DNA of 64,000 nucleotides from a virus. Taxonomy: Duplodnaviria > Caudoviricetes. Of this stretch, positions 19,161-29,235 are shown piece after piece. The stretch spans positions 1,805 to 65,804 of the IMG/VR virus record IMGVR_UViG_3300000553_000030. One strand, written 5' to 3'. The position numbers and the translations under genes were made by a program. The number at the start of each line of letters is the position of its first letter. The stretch's first letter is position 1. The notes beneath the pieces were generated by a model, which worked only from the letters and a program-made list of their open reading frames with translations, was not told the DNA's origin and searched no databases.

Positions 19161-19912
19161 TGAAAAAATACCTCTTAAATTTTGCCGACAAAAACTATGA
19201 ATTGCAACAGAAACTACAAATAGTTTCTACCAAAGACTATTTTGATGAAATCATAAGTGTGTCTCCAGATGATATTGAACCCGATTTTAAGGAGAAAAAT
19301 AAAGCAATATTCAATTTTTCCAAGGGCAGTGGTTATTGGCTATGGAAAGCCTATTTTATATCTCGTTCATTGGATTATATTGCTAATGGTGATATATTAT
19401 TTTATGTGGATTCTGGTAATGAATTCATCAGAAATCCCTCTGAAATATTCAAGCTGTTAGATTCACAGGACATCATATTGTTTAATAATCGGGACGGTCA
19501 TCCAACAGGAGATATGTGGAAGAACTCGACATGGACCAAGGCGGATTGTTTTAATTTGATGGGATGTAATGATGAAAAATATAAACAAGGTCATCAGGTA
19601 GATGGCGCTTATATTCTACTCAAAAAAACAGAGAACAGCATAAAATTTGTAAATGAATATCTCAAATGGTCATGTAACAAAAATGTTATAACGGATATGG
19701 ACAATGTAACTGGTAAAAATGAAGACGATTTTCGTGACCATAGACATGACCAGTCAATATTATCGTTATTGGCAATAAAATATGGCCTAACATTATGTGA
19801 GGCTCCATGCCAGCACGCGAATCATGTAACTGATAGACCATATAACCAAATTTTAAACCATTTTAGAAAAAACATATCGTGGTCAATAATTTACAATAGA
19901 ATCGAAAAATAA
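19160..19912 (+). CDS. Putative GT-A-like glycosyltransferase
   Basis: GYWLWK.YFI, FYVDSG, DHRHDQSILSLL motifs; glycan-cluster context. Confidence 0.55.
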   Translation: MKKYLLNFADKNYELQQKLQIVSTKDYFDEIISVSPDDIEPDFKEKNKAIFNFSKGSGYWLWKAYFISRSLDYIANGDILFYVDSGNEFIRNPSEIFKLLDSQDIILFNNRDGHPTGDMWKNSTWTKADCFNLMGCNDEKYKQGHQVDGAYILLKKTENSIKFVNEYLKWSCNKNVITDMDNVTGKNEDDFRDHRHDQSILSLLAIKYGLTLCEAPCQHANHVTDRPYNQILNHFRKNISWSIIYNRIEK

Positions 19913-19913
19913 T

Positions 19914-20684
19914 ATGAAAACATTTCCCTTGGCTAGAGTAATTTTAGTACTAACAGACAATCCATTATATGCTGATTTTTGGCCCTATGTTGCAAATATT
20001 TGGAAAAACAAGTTTGGTGTAATTCCCACGTTATTCTTTTATGGAAATGGGTGGGAAAAATATAATTTAGATGTCCATGGGGAGGTCTATCATTTACCAT
20101 TTGTTCCAGAAGTTTCCATAAATCCTGCCAGAGATTGGGCATGTACTTGGGGATTGTTTTATGGAGCATCAAAATTTGAAAATGATATTTGTATTACCTG
20201 TGGAATAGACCAAGCCCCATTGTCAGATTATTTTTTCAAGACAATATCACATTATGACTTTAACAAAGACTATGTTGTTGGACTATCAGATGCTAGACCA
20301 GATTGGTTTTTCTCTTCACACCATGTCGCCAAAGGAAAAATATACAAACAAGCTCTTCAAATTGACAATAGCTGGGAGATTGAGGTCAAAAAAGTTTTTG
20401 CCGCTAGAAATAATTATTCCCAAATATATATGGGCGGGGATTATTGGGGGCTCGATGAACTACATTCTACATTTTTGTTAAAATCCTCTCCACATCTCAA
20501 ACGACATACTGGGGTATATCACCAATATCTCCTACCAAATAGGATAGACCGTGGATATCAACCAACTTATGATATTAATCGGTTAAAAGCCGGGGGATAT
20601 TCAGAATTACATGCTCCGCGACCATTCAAGGATTATAAAGAATATCTACAAACAATTAGTGATAATATACCGAGCTATTTATGA
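19914..20684 (+). CDS. Hypothetical protein, possibly glycosyltransferase-like
   Basis: NPLYADFWP, GIDQAPL, WGLDE, RIDR; cluster context. Confidence 0.5.
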   Translation: MKTFPLARVILVLTDNPLYADFWPYVANIWKNKFGVIPTLFFYGNGWEKYNLDVHGEVYHLPFVPEVSINPARDWACTWGLFYGASKFENDICITCGIDQAPLSDYFFKTISHYDFNKDYVVGLSDARPDWFFSSHHVAKGKIYKQALQIDNSWEIEVKKVFAARNNYSQIYMGGDYWGLDELHSTFLLKSSPHLKRHTGVYHQYLLPNRIDRGYQPTYDINRLKAGGYSELHAPRPFKDYKEYLQTISDNIPSYL

Positions 20685-21178
20685 ACATATTTACCCACCC
20701 AACGACAATAATTGATGACAACGTACAGATTGGTGAGGGAACTAAGATATGGGCGTTTTCACATATATCTTCCGGAACAATCATTGGCAAAAACTGTATG
20801 ATTGGTGAGGGTGTACACATTGGAAACAATGTAATAATTGGGGACGATTGTAAAATACAAAACCATTCTCTGGTATATCACGGAGTTACTCTTGAAAATG
20901 AAGTATTCTTGGGGCCAAACACAATTACAACAAACGATTTATATCCCCGCGCTAAAGGAAATTGGGAAGACCGTTTTAGAAAAACACTATTCAAATATCG
21001 AGCAGCGGTGGGGGCAAATTGTACAATTCTTTGTGGAATAACTATGTATGAAAATTCCATGGCTGCGGCTGGTTCAATGGTTTGTACGGATGTAATGAAA
21101 AACTCTTTGGTCAAGGGGAATCCAGCTCGACACATTCGATTCTTTTCTGATGGACCATTTGGAGACGAATACAAATAA
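20681..21178 (+). CDS. Hexapeptide-repeat acyltransferase (WbpD/WlbB-like sugar N-acetyltransferase)
   Basis: IGEGTKIWAFSHI, IG..C.I repeats, TNDLYPR, GNPAR. Confidence 0.85.
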   Translation: MNIFTHPTTIIDDNVQIGEGTKIWAFSHISSGTIIGKNCMIGEGVHIGNNVIIGDDCKIQNHSLVYHGVTLENEVFLGPNTITTNDLYPRAKGNWEDRFRKTLFKYRAAVGANCTILCGITMYENSMAAAGSMVCTDVMKNSLVKGNPARHIRFFSDGPFGDEYK

Positions 21179-21957
21179 TGACATTCTTTCAACAAAACCA
21201 ATTGTGTAATATAGTTCATAATGGCAATGCCGTTTGGTTTTGCAAATTTGAATATATGTTAAACGATTTCGTAGAAATTTCAAAATTAAATCATGAAGTC
21301 ACATTTATATGTGGTAATAGCGATTATCCATTTACAGAAGAATATGCTGGTCGAGCACCACAAAATATTACCAGAATATTTGCAACAAATTCAATGTGTT
21401 CTGATAATAAAAGAGTGTTCAGCCTACCCATAGGGATTGAGAGCACGTTTCCTACCAATCGTCCCGGGCATGGGGTTGGGTTTGGATTTGCCTCTACTAA
21501 AACAGAACAACTAAATATCAAGGCACTTCCATGCGCCACAAAGAACCTTATCTATGCAAATTTTAATGTTAACACTAACCAAAATATTAGATTGCCGCTA
21601 TTAAACAACATAAAAAACTCACATCACATTACTGTTTCAACACCAACACTGGATATAGAATCATATTTTAACAATATTAAAACACATGAGGCTGTGTTAT
21701 GTCCAATAGGAAACGGTCTTGACACCGTTAGAACTTATGAGACATTATACTGTAATCGTATTCCAATCATCTATGGGTCAGACATAATTTATAATCAATT
21801 ATTTAAAGATTTACCATGTGTTTATGCAAAAACCATTAATGAGATATTGGACCGCGAATTTATTTCGTCTGAAATAGAACGAGTCAAACCAAAATTCGCC
21901 AATATCAGAATGGCGTATTTGGAGTATTGGATACACAAAATATCAAGGAATATATGA
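21178..21957 (+). CDS. Exostosin/GT47-like protein
   Basis: LPIGI, YANF...TN...R, LCPIGNGLDT.RTYETLY...IPI. Confidence 0.6.
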   Translation: MTFFQQNQLCNIVHNGNAVWFCKFEYMLNDFVEISKLNHEVTFICGNSDYPFTEEYAGRAPQNITRIFATNSMCSDNKRVFSLPIGIESTFPTNRPGHGVGFGFASTKTEQLNIKALPCATKNLIYANFNVNTNQNIRLPLLNNIKNSHHITVSTPTLDIESYFNNIKTHEAVLCPIGNGLDTVRTYETLYCNRIPIIYGSDIIYNQLFKDLPCVYAKTINEILDREFISSEIERVKPKFANIRMAYLEYWIHKISRNI

Positions 21958-22517
21958 ACGAAATACTAAATAAATTAAATAGTGTAGCCCCGATTGGAGA
22001 GGGGTCTACCTATAGTTGGTCCCCACATGAGGAAGATGACAAACAAAAAACGTTGGGATTTTTACGGCAATATTTGACAGATGGGAAATTTAATACGATA
22101 TTAGAAACGGGAACACACAAGGGACATTTCTGTTTTTTCTGCAAACAGGTTCTTCCAAATGTAAAAATTTTTACATTTGGAATTGATAACTTTAGTATAA
22201 ATGCGACAGAAATTTTAAATACGGAATTTGGTAAATATATTTGGTTTACACTTGGCGATAGCAAACATACATTGACCACATTTCAACCAGATGAGAAAAT
22301 TGACCTAGCATGGATAGACGGGGGACATGATTACAATACGGCATATCATGACCTACTAAATTGCCACAGATTGCGAATACCAGCAATTCTTATTGATGAT
22401 TGTTCTTTAATTCGCGATGTAAATTCTGCCGTTTCGGATTTTCTAAAACTTGGATATCATATCAGTGGGAAGTTTAAATCTAGCCGGGGAATTGTTGAGT
22501 TAAAACTAAATGATTAA
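21954..22517 (+). CDS. Class I SAM-dependent methyltransferase (Methyltransf_24-like)
   Basis: ILETGTHKG, GDS, DLAWIDGGHDY, LIDD. Confidence 0.8.
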   Translation: MNEILNKLNSVAPIGEGSTYSWSPHEEDDKQKTLGFLRQYLTDGKFNTILETGTHKGHFCFFCKQVLPNVKIFTFGIDNFSINATEILNTEFGKYIWFTLGDSKHTLTTFQPDEKIDLAWIDGGHDYNTAYHDLLNCHRLRIPAILIDDCSLIRDVNSAVSDFLKLGYHISGKFKSSRGIVELKLND

Positions 22518-23985
22518 CACGTTAAATAATGACTTTAATAAGTTCTCAAAAGAATGGACAAATACTTTCCAGTATAACGAGTTTATTTATGACCATTTTC
22601 TTTTGATGGTATCTAATTTTCCAATATTAGAAAACCATTTTCGTATTGTCGAGCAAACCCGCTCTGGTTTCGGAGAGAAGGCTTTCAGATATCTTTGGGC
22701 GTTGGTTGCGTCACAAATTCCCAAGAATGGAAAATTTCTTGAAATTGGGGTCTATAAGGGGTCGATAATGAGTTTGATGCAAGTCCTATCGGACAGTTTG
22801 GACAAGAACATTGAAATACATGGTCTAACTCCATTAAGTACGGCGGGTGACAAATATTCAAATTATGAGCAACAGGACTATTTTCAATGTATACAAAATT
22901 TATACAAAAATCTCAACATTCCTACTGATAAGATAAAAATTTATCGCGGCTTATCCACTGACCCGATACTCCAAGAACTAGTGTTGAGAGATGGGCCATT
23001 TAATGCAATTTATGTTGATGGTGGCCATGACTATCAGACAGTTTGTAGTGATATAAAATTTGCTGCTTCCATTTTGGCTGATGGTGGACTATTAATTATG
23101 GATGATGCGTCGTCACTGTTGAATATCAACCATCACAATGATAGGACTGTTGGACATGAAGATGTCGCGTTAGCTATAAAAGACAAACTCGACACAAGTT
23201 TCGAGTTTAGGCATCTTTTTGCGTGCGGGCATAATAGAATATGGAGAAAAGAAACCCGAAATGTCCCGAAAATACATTTATTAATAGACTATTACAAGAA
23301 TCCACGACCAGAACGGTCAGCGGAAATAGATTTTTGTTTTAATGAGAATATCAATACCAAAGAATTTGATTTTATTCATATCTTCAAGTCCTCAGATTTG
23401 CCAGATACGGAAATACCAAAAAATGTAATTATCAATGAGGTAAATACTAGACTGACATATCAATATTATTTTGAGTATGCTAAGAACAATATTCCCAGCG
23501 ATGATATTGTGGTATTAAGCAATTCCGATATATTCTTTGATGAATCAATATTAAAAACAAAAGACATTGATTTGTCTGACAAGGTGCTGGCGTTGACAAG
23601 ATTTTGCCCATACTTGGGACATTGGACAAATGATAACAACATTTTGATACCATATCATAGCCATGATAGGTCGCAAGACGTATGGGTTTGGAAAAATCCG
23701 CTCAAATATACTGGTGATGATTTTAATTTTGGTATAGGTATAATTGGGTGTGATAACAAACTGGCATTTCAATTGCACAAACATGGCTATCAGGTTTGGA
23801 ACCCAAGTTTCTCCATAATAACGTATCACAAACATGCAGAACGAAATGATAGCTCCGACCAAGGACCTGCAAATAAACGATTACCCGGAACATATATGTT
23901 CGTAAATGCGTGTTTTTTAGAAAATATTAACAAAGCCAATTACAAAAAATATATATATGTTAATAAGATTATAGGGACAAAATGA
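22510..23985 (+). CDS. Methyltransferase fused to GT-A-like domain
   Basis: LEIGVYKG, YVDGGHDY, GGLLIMDD; C-half NSDIFFD, SQDVWVW, GCDNKLA. Confidence 0.7.
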   Translation: MINTLNNDFNKFSKEWTNTFQYNEFIYDHFLLMVSNFPILENHFRIVEQTRSGFGEKAFRYLWALVASQIPKNGKFLEIGVYKGSIMSLMQVLSDSLDKNIEIHGLTPLSTAGDKYSNYEQQDYFQCIQNLYKNLNIPTDKIKIYRGLSTDPILQELVLRDGPFNAIYVDGGHDYQTVCSDIKFAASILADGGLLIMDDASSLLNINHHNDRTVGHEDVALAIKDKLDTSFEFRHLFACGHNRIWRKETRNVPKIHLLIDYYKNPRPERSAEIDFCFNENINTKEFDFIHIFKSSDLPDTEIPKNVIINEVNTRLTYQYYFEYAKNNIPSDDIVVLSNSDIFFDESILKTKDIDLSDKVLALTRFCPYLGHWTNDNNILIPYHSHDRSQDVWVWKNPLKYTGDDFNFGIGIIGCDNKLAFQLHKHGYQVWNPSFSIITYHKHAERNDSSDQGPANKRLPGTYMFVNACFLENINKANYKKYIYVNKIIGTK

Positions 23986-24836
23986 ATGATATAATAAAAT
24001 CTACAGACATTTATAGAGAACAATTCATAAGCGTTTTGAAACAAACCAAGAACCATTATGAATCAGTGTACACAGAATATACCACACCTTCCAATAGATA
24101 CACAATAAAATATTATAAATGGATGCATCCATATCAAGGAGATTGGGAAAAGCGGGAAGCATTCACCGATGGTATTCTTGATTTTTTGAAGGCCAACATA
24201 AAACCAAATAGCGTGGTATTAGATGTGGGCGCTCAAGCTGGTATACTTTCGGTAGCCTTTGCTCAATTTGCAAAAAAGGTCATATCATTTGAGCCGAATC
24301 CAGCCGTCTTTGAAGTAGTGGCTAAAAATTGTGAAATATACAAGAATATTGTTCCATACAATCTGGCCTGCTCTAGAAACGAAGAAATTCTTGAGTTTCA
24401 CTACTCCGATAATGGGTTTTGTAATGGTGGCTTTGCAACTGAATGTGAAGCTGGGGTAGGTGTTACCGGGCACGTTATTCCAATGGATGTATACGCAACA
24501 AATTTGAATGATTTTATGAATGAACATCATCTTGAAGATATTGATAAAATATCCTTAATCAAAATTGATGCTGAAGGCCATGACAAGGAAATCATAAAGA
24601 CAATATATCCAATCCTAAACAAAGTAAGACCGATAATGATGGCAGAGCTTTATTCTGGACTACACGCGGCCGAAATCGTGGATTTAATCAAAACAATCCG
24701 TGACATCAAATATGATATGTATGATATCAACATAAACAATGAGGGGTTGGAAGATATCTCACATAGAAAACTGATAAATAGTATCAACGATGTTAAAGTC
24801 GGGTCATTATGCAATTTATTATGTCTTCCGAGGTAA
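23982..24836 (+). CDS. FkbM-family methyltransferase
   Basis: LDVGAQAG, VISFEPNP, LIKIDAEGHD. Confidence 0.85.
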   Translation: MNDIIKSTDIYREQFISVLKQTKNHYESVYTEYTTPSNRYTIKYYKWMHPYQGDWEKREAFTDGILDFLKANIKPNSVVLDVGAQAGILSVAFAQFAKKVISFEPNPAVFEVVAKNCEIYKNIVPYNLACSRNEEILEFHYSDNGFCNGGFATECEAGVGVTGHVIPMDVYATNLNDFMNEHHLEDIDKISLIKIDAEGHDKEIIKTIYPILNKVRPIMMAELYSGLHAAEIVDLIKTIRDIKYDMYDININNEGLEDISHRKLINSINDVKVGSLCNLLCLPR

Positions 24837-24837
24837 T

Positions 24838-26016
24838 ATGCTTATAAGTTTTATCATACCAACAAAAAACAATCTACAATATTTAAAAAATGCGTATAAT
24901 AGTATTAGAAAATATTACACTCAACATGAAATTGTAATACTGGATGATGCATCCTCCGATGGTACAGGGGAATGGTTAAAGTGTTTAAATGATAAAAATC
25001 TTACAATACACTTAAATACAAACGCGCCTGTAGGACACACGATATTATACAATATTGGCGTTAAGATGTGTAGGTATAATGTATTCAGCATTTTTCACGC
25101 GGATATGATATGTGGCCCAAATTATATTGAAAATTTAACAAAACATCTTCGAGATAAAACGGTAGTATCTGCCACTAGAATTGAGCCCCCTTTACATCCT
25201 ACAGGAAAAGAAAAAATTACAAAAAATTTTGGCATGAATCATGACGACATCAATTTTAAAGAATTTAAAGATTTTTGTCTAATAACACAAAAAGAAAACG
25301 AAAATGTTACTACCAAAGGAATTTTTGCTCCATGGCTGATGTACAAAAATGATTTTTTAATCATTGGTGGACATGATGAAGTATTTGCGCCCTTCCCATT
25401 TGAAGACAGTGATATATTTCAACGGTTTATATTGAATGGTTATAATATCATCCAAAGCCGGGATTCTCTGGTATATCATTTAACATGTCGCGGGCATAGA
25501 TGGACAGAACAAATCCAAAAAGATGATGATTATTATAAACAATGTGTTGATAGAAATTCTAAAAATTTTTTGAGAAAATGGGGAAGCTGGATTAAAAATG
25601 ACGAATATTCTTACCCAATTATAAAAAACAAATATGACATCGGTCTTATAATCAGAAATTGTAATGAACAATTATTGGCAGCATTGGAGCCAATGTTTTC
25701 AACCATATATACCGACTGCCAGTTCAATGATTACATAAAATTTAACCAACCAAACACAAAATTCAATTTGACAAAACGCATACAATCCATTAATACAGAT
25801 AAAACAAATGACATTATTATAGAGTTTGATGCCAAACAATTGAATCAAGAGAATTTCTCATTTTTAACCACACAACTAACGGACGTTATCATTGAGTCCG
25901 GTGAAGTTGGTACATTAGAGTACGATATCTTCAAATTCACTATAAATCAGTTAAATCCTCTACAAAATAGACTAATTACAACGACAGACCCACACTATAC
26001 ATCACAGCTATTATGA
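24838..26016 (+). CDS. GT2 glycosyltransferase
   Basis: ISFIIPTKNN, ILDDASSDGT, HADM, GGHDE.F..FEDSD, VYHLTCRG. Confidence 0.88.
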   Translation: MLISFIIPTKNNLQYLKNAYNSIRKYYTQHEIVILDDASSDGTGEWLKCLNDKNLTIHLNTNAPVGHTILYNIGVKMCRYNVFSIFHADMICGPNYIENLTKHLRDKTVVSATRIEPPLHPTGKEKITKNFGMNHDDINFKEFKDFCLITQKENENVTTKGIFAPWLMYKNDFLIIGGHDEVFAPFPFEDSDIFQRFILNGYNIIQSRDSLVYHLTCRGHRWTEQIQKDDDYYKQCVDRNSKNFLRKWGSWIKNDEYSYPIIKNKYDIGLIIRNCNEQLLAALEPMFSTIYTDCQFNDYIKFNQPNTKFNLTKRIQSINTDKTNDIIIEFDAKQLNQENFSFLTTQLTDVIIESGEVGTLEYDIFKFTINQLNPLQNRLITTTDPHYTSQLL

Positions 26017-26171
26017 TTATTCGTATAACAGTAACAGTTACGCTAATCCTCTCTCGTTAGGCAAAAACCCCCGCACCTATTAAAATCATCATGCTACTAT
26101 TTCATTTAAATTAATATTATCTTTTTTTATCTTTTTTTATCTTTTCAGTGTTCAAGATACTATTTATTAGT

Positions 26172-26345
26172 ATGAAAAACATAAAAATATCAGACGGAAC
26201 ACATACAATGTTAAAAGAATATTGCAAACAAAAATCTCTTAAAATAAGCAATTGGGTAGATGGTGTATTAAATTACATTGTTACAAACAACACCAAAAAT
26301 GAAAAGGAGAAGGAATGCCCAAATATACAACCAAAAAATTTATAA
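26172..26345 (+). CDS. Ribbon-helix-helix-like small protein
   Basis: MKNIKISDGTHTMLKEYCKQKSLKISNWVDGVL; TATTTAT 4 nt upstream. Confidence 0.7.
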   Translation: MKNIKISDGTHTMLKEYCKQKSLKISNWVDGVLNYIVTNNTKNEKEKECPNIQPKNL

Positions 26346-27442
26346 AAAAATCAAAATTAATTCATCAACTGAGATATGATTATTCTCATGTAAACTATGT
26401 TAATAGTCAATTGATGGTAAAAATAATTTGTCCAAAACACGGTAGTTTTTTACAAACACCGAACAACCACTTGGCGGGCCATGGATGCGCCAAATGTGGG
26501 TGGAAAATTCCTAGAAAACTTAAAACTCTCGGAATAGATGAATTTATACGAAAGTCAAAATTAATTCATAAAAACAAATATTTGTATGATAAATTTATTT
26601 ATATCAACGCGCACACTAAAGGAATACTTCAATGCCGACTTCATGGGAAATTTTTGCAATCCCCAAATAACCATTTGAGCGGGAAGGGCTGTTACCGTTG
26701 TAGAAAATCGCGGCCAACATTTACAACGGAAGATTTTATAAAAAAAGCAAGCCAGTGTCACAAAAATAAATATGATTACACAAAAACAAAATACATTAAT
26801 TACAAACACAAAGTAATTATTAGTTGTCCAATTCATGGGGAGTTTTTACAAACACCATCCGGACATTTAAATGGAAGAGGATGTTTGAAATGTTTTTGTT
26901 CTCGAAGAACATTTACCATAGACGAATTTAAAGAAAGGGCAAAAATTGTTCATAACTCAAAATATGACTATTCCAAAATATTTTACATAAACACAACAAC
27001 ACATATTAGTATAATATGCCCAATTCATGGAATTTTCAGTCAAACGCCAAACAAACATCTGTCTGGTAGGGGGTGTAAGAAATGTGGTAGAGAGAACATG
27101 AGAACAGGCTCGGTATCAAAAGCAGAAACCGCGTTTCTTGATTATATGAAAATTGAGAAACACAACAGAAATAAATATATAAACGGTTATTATGTTGATG
27201 GTATAAAAAACAACACAATTTACGAGTTCCTTGGAGATTATTGGCACGGCAACCCCAACAAATTTAATCACAAAAAATTAAATAAATCTGTAAAAATAAC
27301 ATTTGGAAGTTTGTATGAAAAAACATTCAAAAGACTTAATGAATTAAAAAAAGGCAATTTTACCGTAAAATACATATGGGAATCAGATTGGTATAGGTTT
27401 GTTAAAAATCCCGATTCAAAACTAAAAATATTGGAATTATAA
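26315..27442 (+). CDS. Free-standing endonuclease (four CxxHGxF repeats plus Vsr-like domain)
   Basis: Repeats; VDG...IYEFLGDYWHGNP...VKYIWE; paralog of 17071-17979. Confidence 0.8.
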   Translation: MPKYTTKKFIKKSKLIHQLRYDYSHVNYVNSQLMVKIICPKHGSFLQTPNNHLAGHGCAKCGWKIPRKLKTLGIDEFIRKSKLIHKNKYLYDKFIYINAHTKGILQCRLHGKFLQSPNNHLSGKGCYRCRKSRPTFTTEDFIKKASQCHKNKYDYTKTKYINYKHKVIISCPIHGEFLQTPSGHLNGRGCLKCFCSRRTFTIDEFKERAKIVHNSKYDYSKIFYINTTTHISIICPIHGIFSQTPNKHLSGRGCKKCGRENMRTGSVSKAETAFLDYMKIEKHNRNKYINGYYVDGIKNNTIYEFLGDYWHGNPNKFNHKKLNKSVKITFGSLYEKTFKRLNELKKGNFTVKYIWESDWYRFVKNPDSKLKILEL

Positions 27443-27786
27443 TGAATGTCCTCATAACAGTCATAACTACAAATGTTATATGTCTTATACTTTTTTTCAA
27501 TACCGACGTTTTGGTTGAATATGGGCGTATATTTAAATTAATAAAGAAATGGCTCAAAATCGACCAATTTGACGAAGCCTATAAGAATGACTTTGAATTG
27601 ACTTACCACCAATATCTACGAATTAACTACAATTGCTTCTTCGTCAGATTAATAACATGTCCGATTTGTTTGGCGTTTTGGATATCCTTAATTGGATGTA
27701 TAATTTGTGGTATTATAACAAGTCTACCGATTGTCTACCTATTATCTATATTTTTGTACTATTTATTTGTAAAGATACAAAGATGA
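27442..27786 (+). CDS. Membrane protein, DUF1360-like
   Basis: Hydrophobic segments with LITCPICLAFW. Confidence 0.55.
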   Translation: MNVLITVITTNVICLILFFNTDVLVEYGRIFKLIKKWLKIDQFDEAYKNDFELTYHQYLRINYNCFFVRLITCPICLAFWISLIGCIICGIITSLPIVYLLSIFLYYLFVKIQR

Positions 27787-28064
27787 TTATAAATAATTTC
27801 TCCGAATTTTCAAATTTAGTAATGCGATGCAATCTACAAGGAATATCGCCATTTTCGTCGTTTATATCTCTTGTTAATGATTATAAGGCACATTGTAATT
27901 GTATTAACCCAACAGAAAAGAGTATAAAACGAGATAGATGTGTTGATGCTTATGTTAGACTAGTAAACACTACACTATCTAGTTATATGACAATGATTAA
28001 GAGTGTATTTAAATCTGGACCAATAACATTTTCAAATAATGGAAAAGTTATTAAAACTTACTAG
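27783..28064 (+). CDS. Hypothetical protein
   Basis: ATGA-coupled ORF from MIINNFSEF, CNC motif. Confidence 0.5.
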   Translation: MIINNFSEFSNLVMRCNLQGISPFSSFISLVNDYKAHCNCINPTEKSIKRDRCVDAYVRLVNTTLSSYMTMIKSVFKSGPITFSNNGKVIKTY

Positions 28065-28524
28065 AATGTAACAATTTCTGTGCGGTTTTCTTTACCAAAT
28101 CATTAATATCTTTTGCCATAGTAACACCGTATCTATGACACACAATATCAACATTGCCTTTACGATAAAACCCATCTGGACAACATACCACCATCTTATC
28201 TAAAAATAAACCCATTTCTAAAAGTGTTATAGGACTTTTGGTGGCAGGGTCAATATAACACGAAATAACTGTAGCTGCTTCTTGACCAGCCAATTCCCAT
28301 TCCACCTGTTCTCTAAATTGTGGATTAGACATTTCTTGAGTCCAACTAGAATTCCAATCGTTTCTTCTTGGATTTAAAATTACAAGATTTTTAACATCTT
28401 TCATTTTATTAGAAATTTTATCTTGCCAATCGACAGCGTTACCCATCTCTATACTACCACACAAAAATATGGCCTTTTCATTTTTGTCCAACACGAAATT
28501 TTCTGGTGCTTTCAATAGTCTCAT
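28051..28524 (-). CDS. Nucleoside 2-deoxyribosyltransferase-like protein
   Basis: IFLCGSIEMG...WQ, LNPRR..W, QVEWEL, SPITLLEMG. Confidence 0.8.
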   Translation of the reverse strand: MRLLKAPENFVLDKNEKAIFLCGSIEMGNAVDWQDKISNKMKDVKNLVILNPRRNDWNSSWTQEMSNPQFREQVEWELAGQEAATVISCYIDPATKSPITLLEMGLFLDKMVVCCPDGFYRKGNVDIVCHRYGVTMAKDINDLVKKTAQKLLHSSKF

Positions 28525-28525
28525 A

Positions 28526-28996
28526 TTAATAATCCTTATCCACATTGTTATAAATGTCTATTATTCTGATAAATCGTCCATCATATCCCATACAGGTCGC
28601 AATTTGTTCTAATCTTCCAACAAACATAAACGTTAATTGTATTTGTTTATCATTAAACTTATATGATTTTAACAAGTTTACCAAAAATTTCCATTTTTTA
28701 TCATGATTTTTTACATTTTGATCATCAGTTAATTTCGAGCTAAAATTAAACACAATATCATCAATTGAATCGTATATTTTATCTCTATGTTCATCTTCTA
28801 AATCCATATAACCAAATATAAAATCATTTAAATTCTCATGAAAGTCTTTAATAATAGCATCTGCCAATTGTTCTTTAAAAACCACACATGTACATTTCTC
28901 ATCTGTACATTTATTTTCTTCTTTATTATTTAAATTTACTGTGTGATCATAAATAAACCCATTATCAGAATTTTTATTATCGGTTTCGTTGTTCAT
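28526..28996 (-). CDS. Hypothetical protein
   Basis: 156-aa ORF. Confidence 0.55.
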   Translation of the reverse strand: MNNETDNKNSDNGFIYDHTVNLNNKEENKCTDEKCTCVVFKEQLADAIIKDFHENLNDFIFGYMDLEDEHRDKIYDSIDDIVFNFSSKLTDDQNVKNHDKKWKFLVNLLKSYKFNDKQIQLTFMFVGRLEQIATCMGYDGRFIRIIDIYNNVDKDY

Positions 28997-29235
28997 ATTA
29001 TCCTATTATTTTGTTGAGATTGGTGTTCTAGTAATACATCCGAAAATGGCCGTTGTTCTTTAAACGATTTATCCATTAACTTTTGGTGTAATATCAATTC
29101 ATCTATAGTTTTATCTTTATTTTGTTTAACAATATTTCTTAACATTCTTTTTCGTAAGTTCATAGGAAAATTAGAATCTGTCAAAGAAAGCAATTCCTGA
29201 TATTGTTTGGATGATGTTGACAGTTTAATTTTCAT
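28993..29235 (-). CDS. Hypothetical protein
   Basis: 80-aa ORF, coupled to neighbours. Confidence 0.5.
   Translation of the reverse strand: MKIKLSTSSKQYQELLSLTDSNFPMNLRKRMLRNIVKQNKDKTIDELILHQKLMDKSFKEQRPFSDVLLEHQSQQNNRII

Noticed and set aside
26013-26060. Mini-ORF MIIRITVTVTLILSR* as a displaced 5' end of the 27442 membrane gene
   Set aside because: Similarity to MNVLITVITTNV is too short and low-complexity to support.
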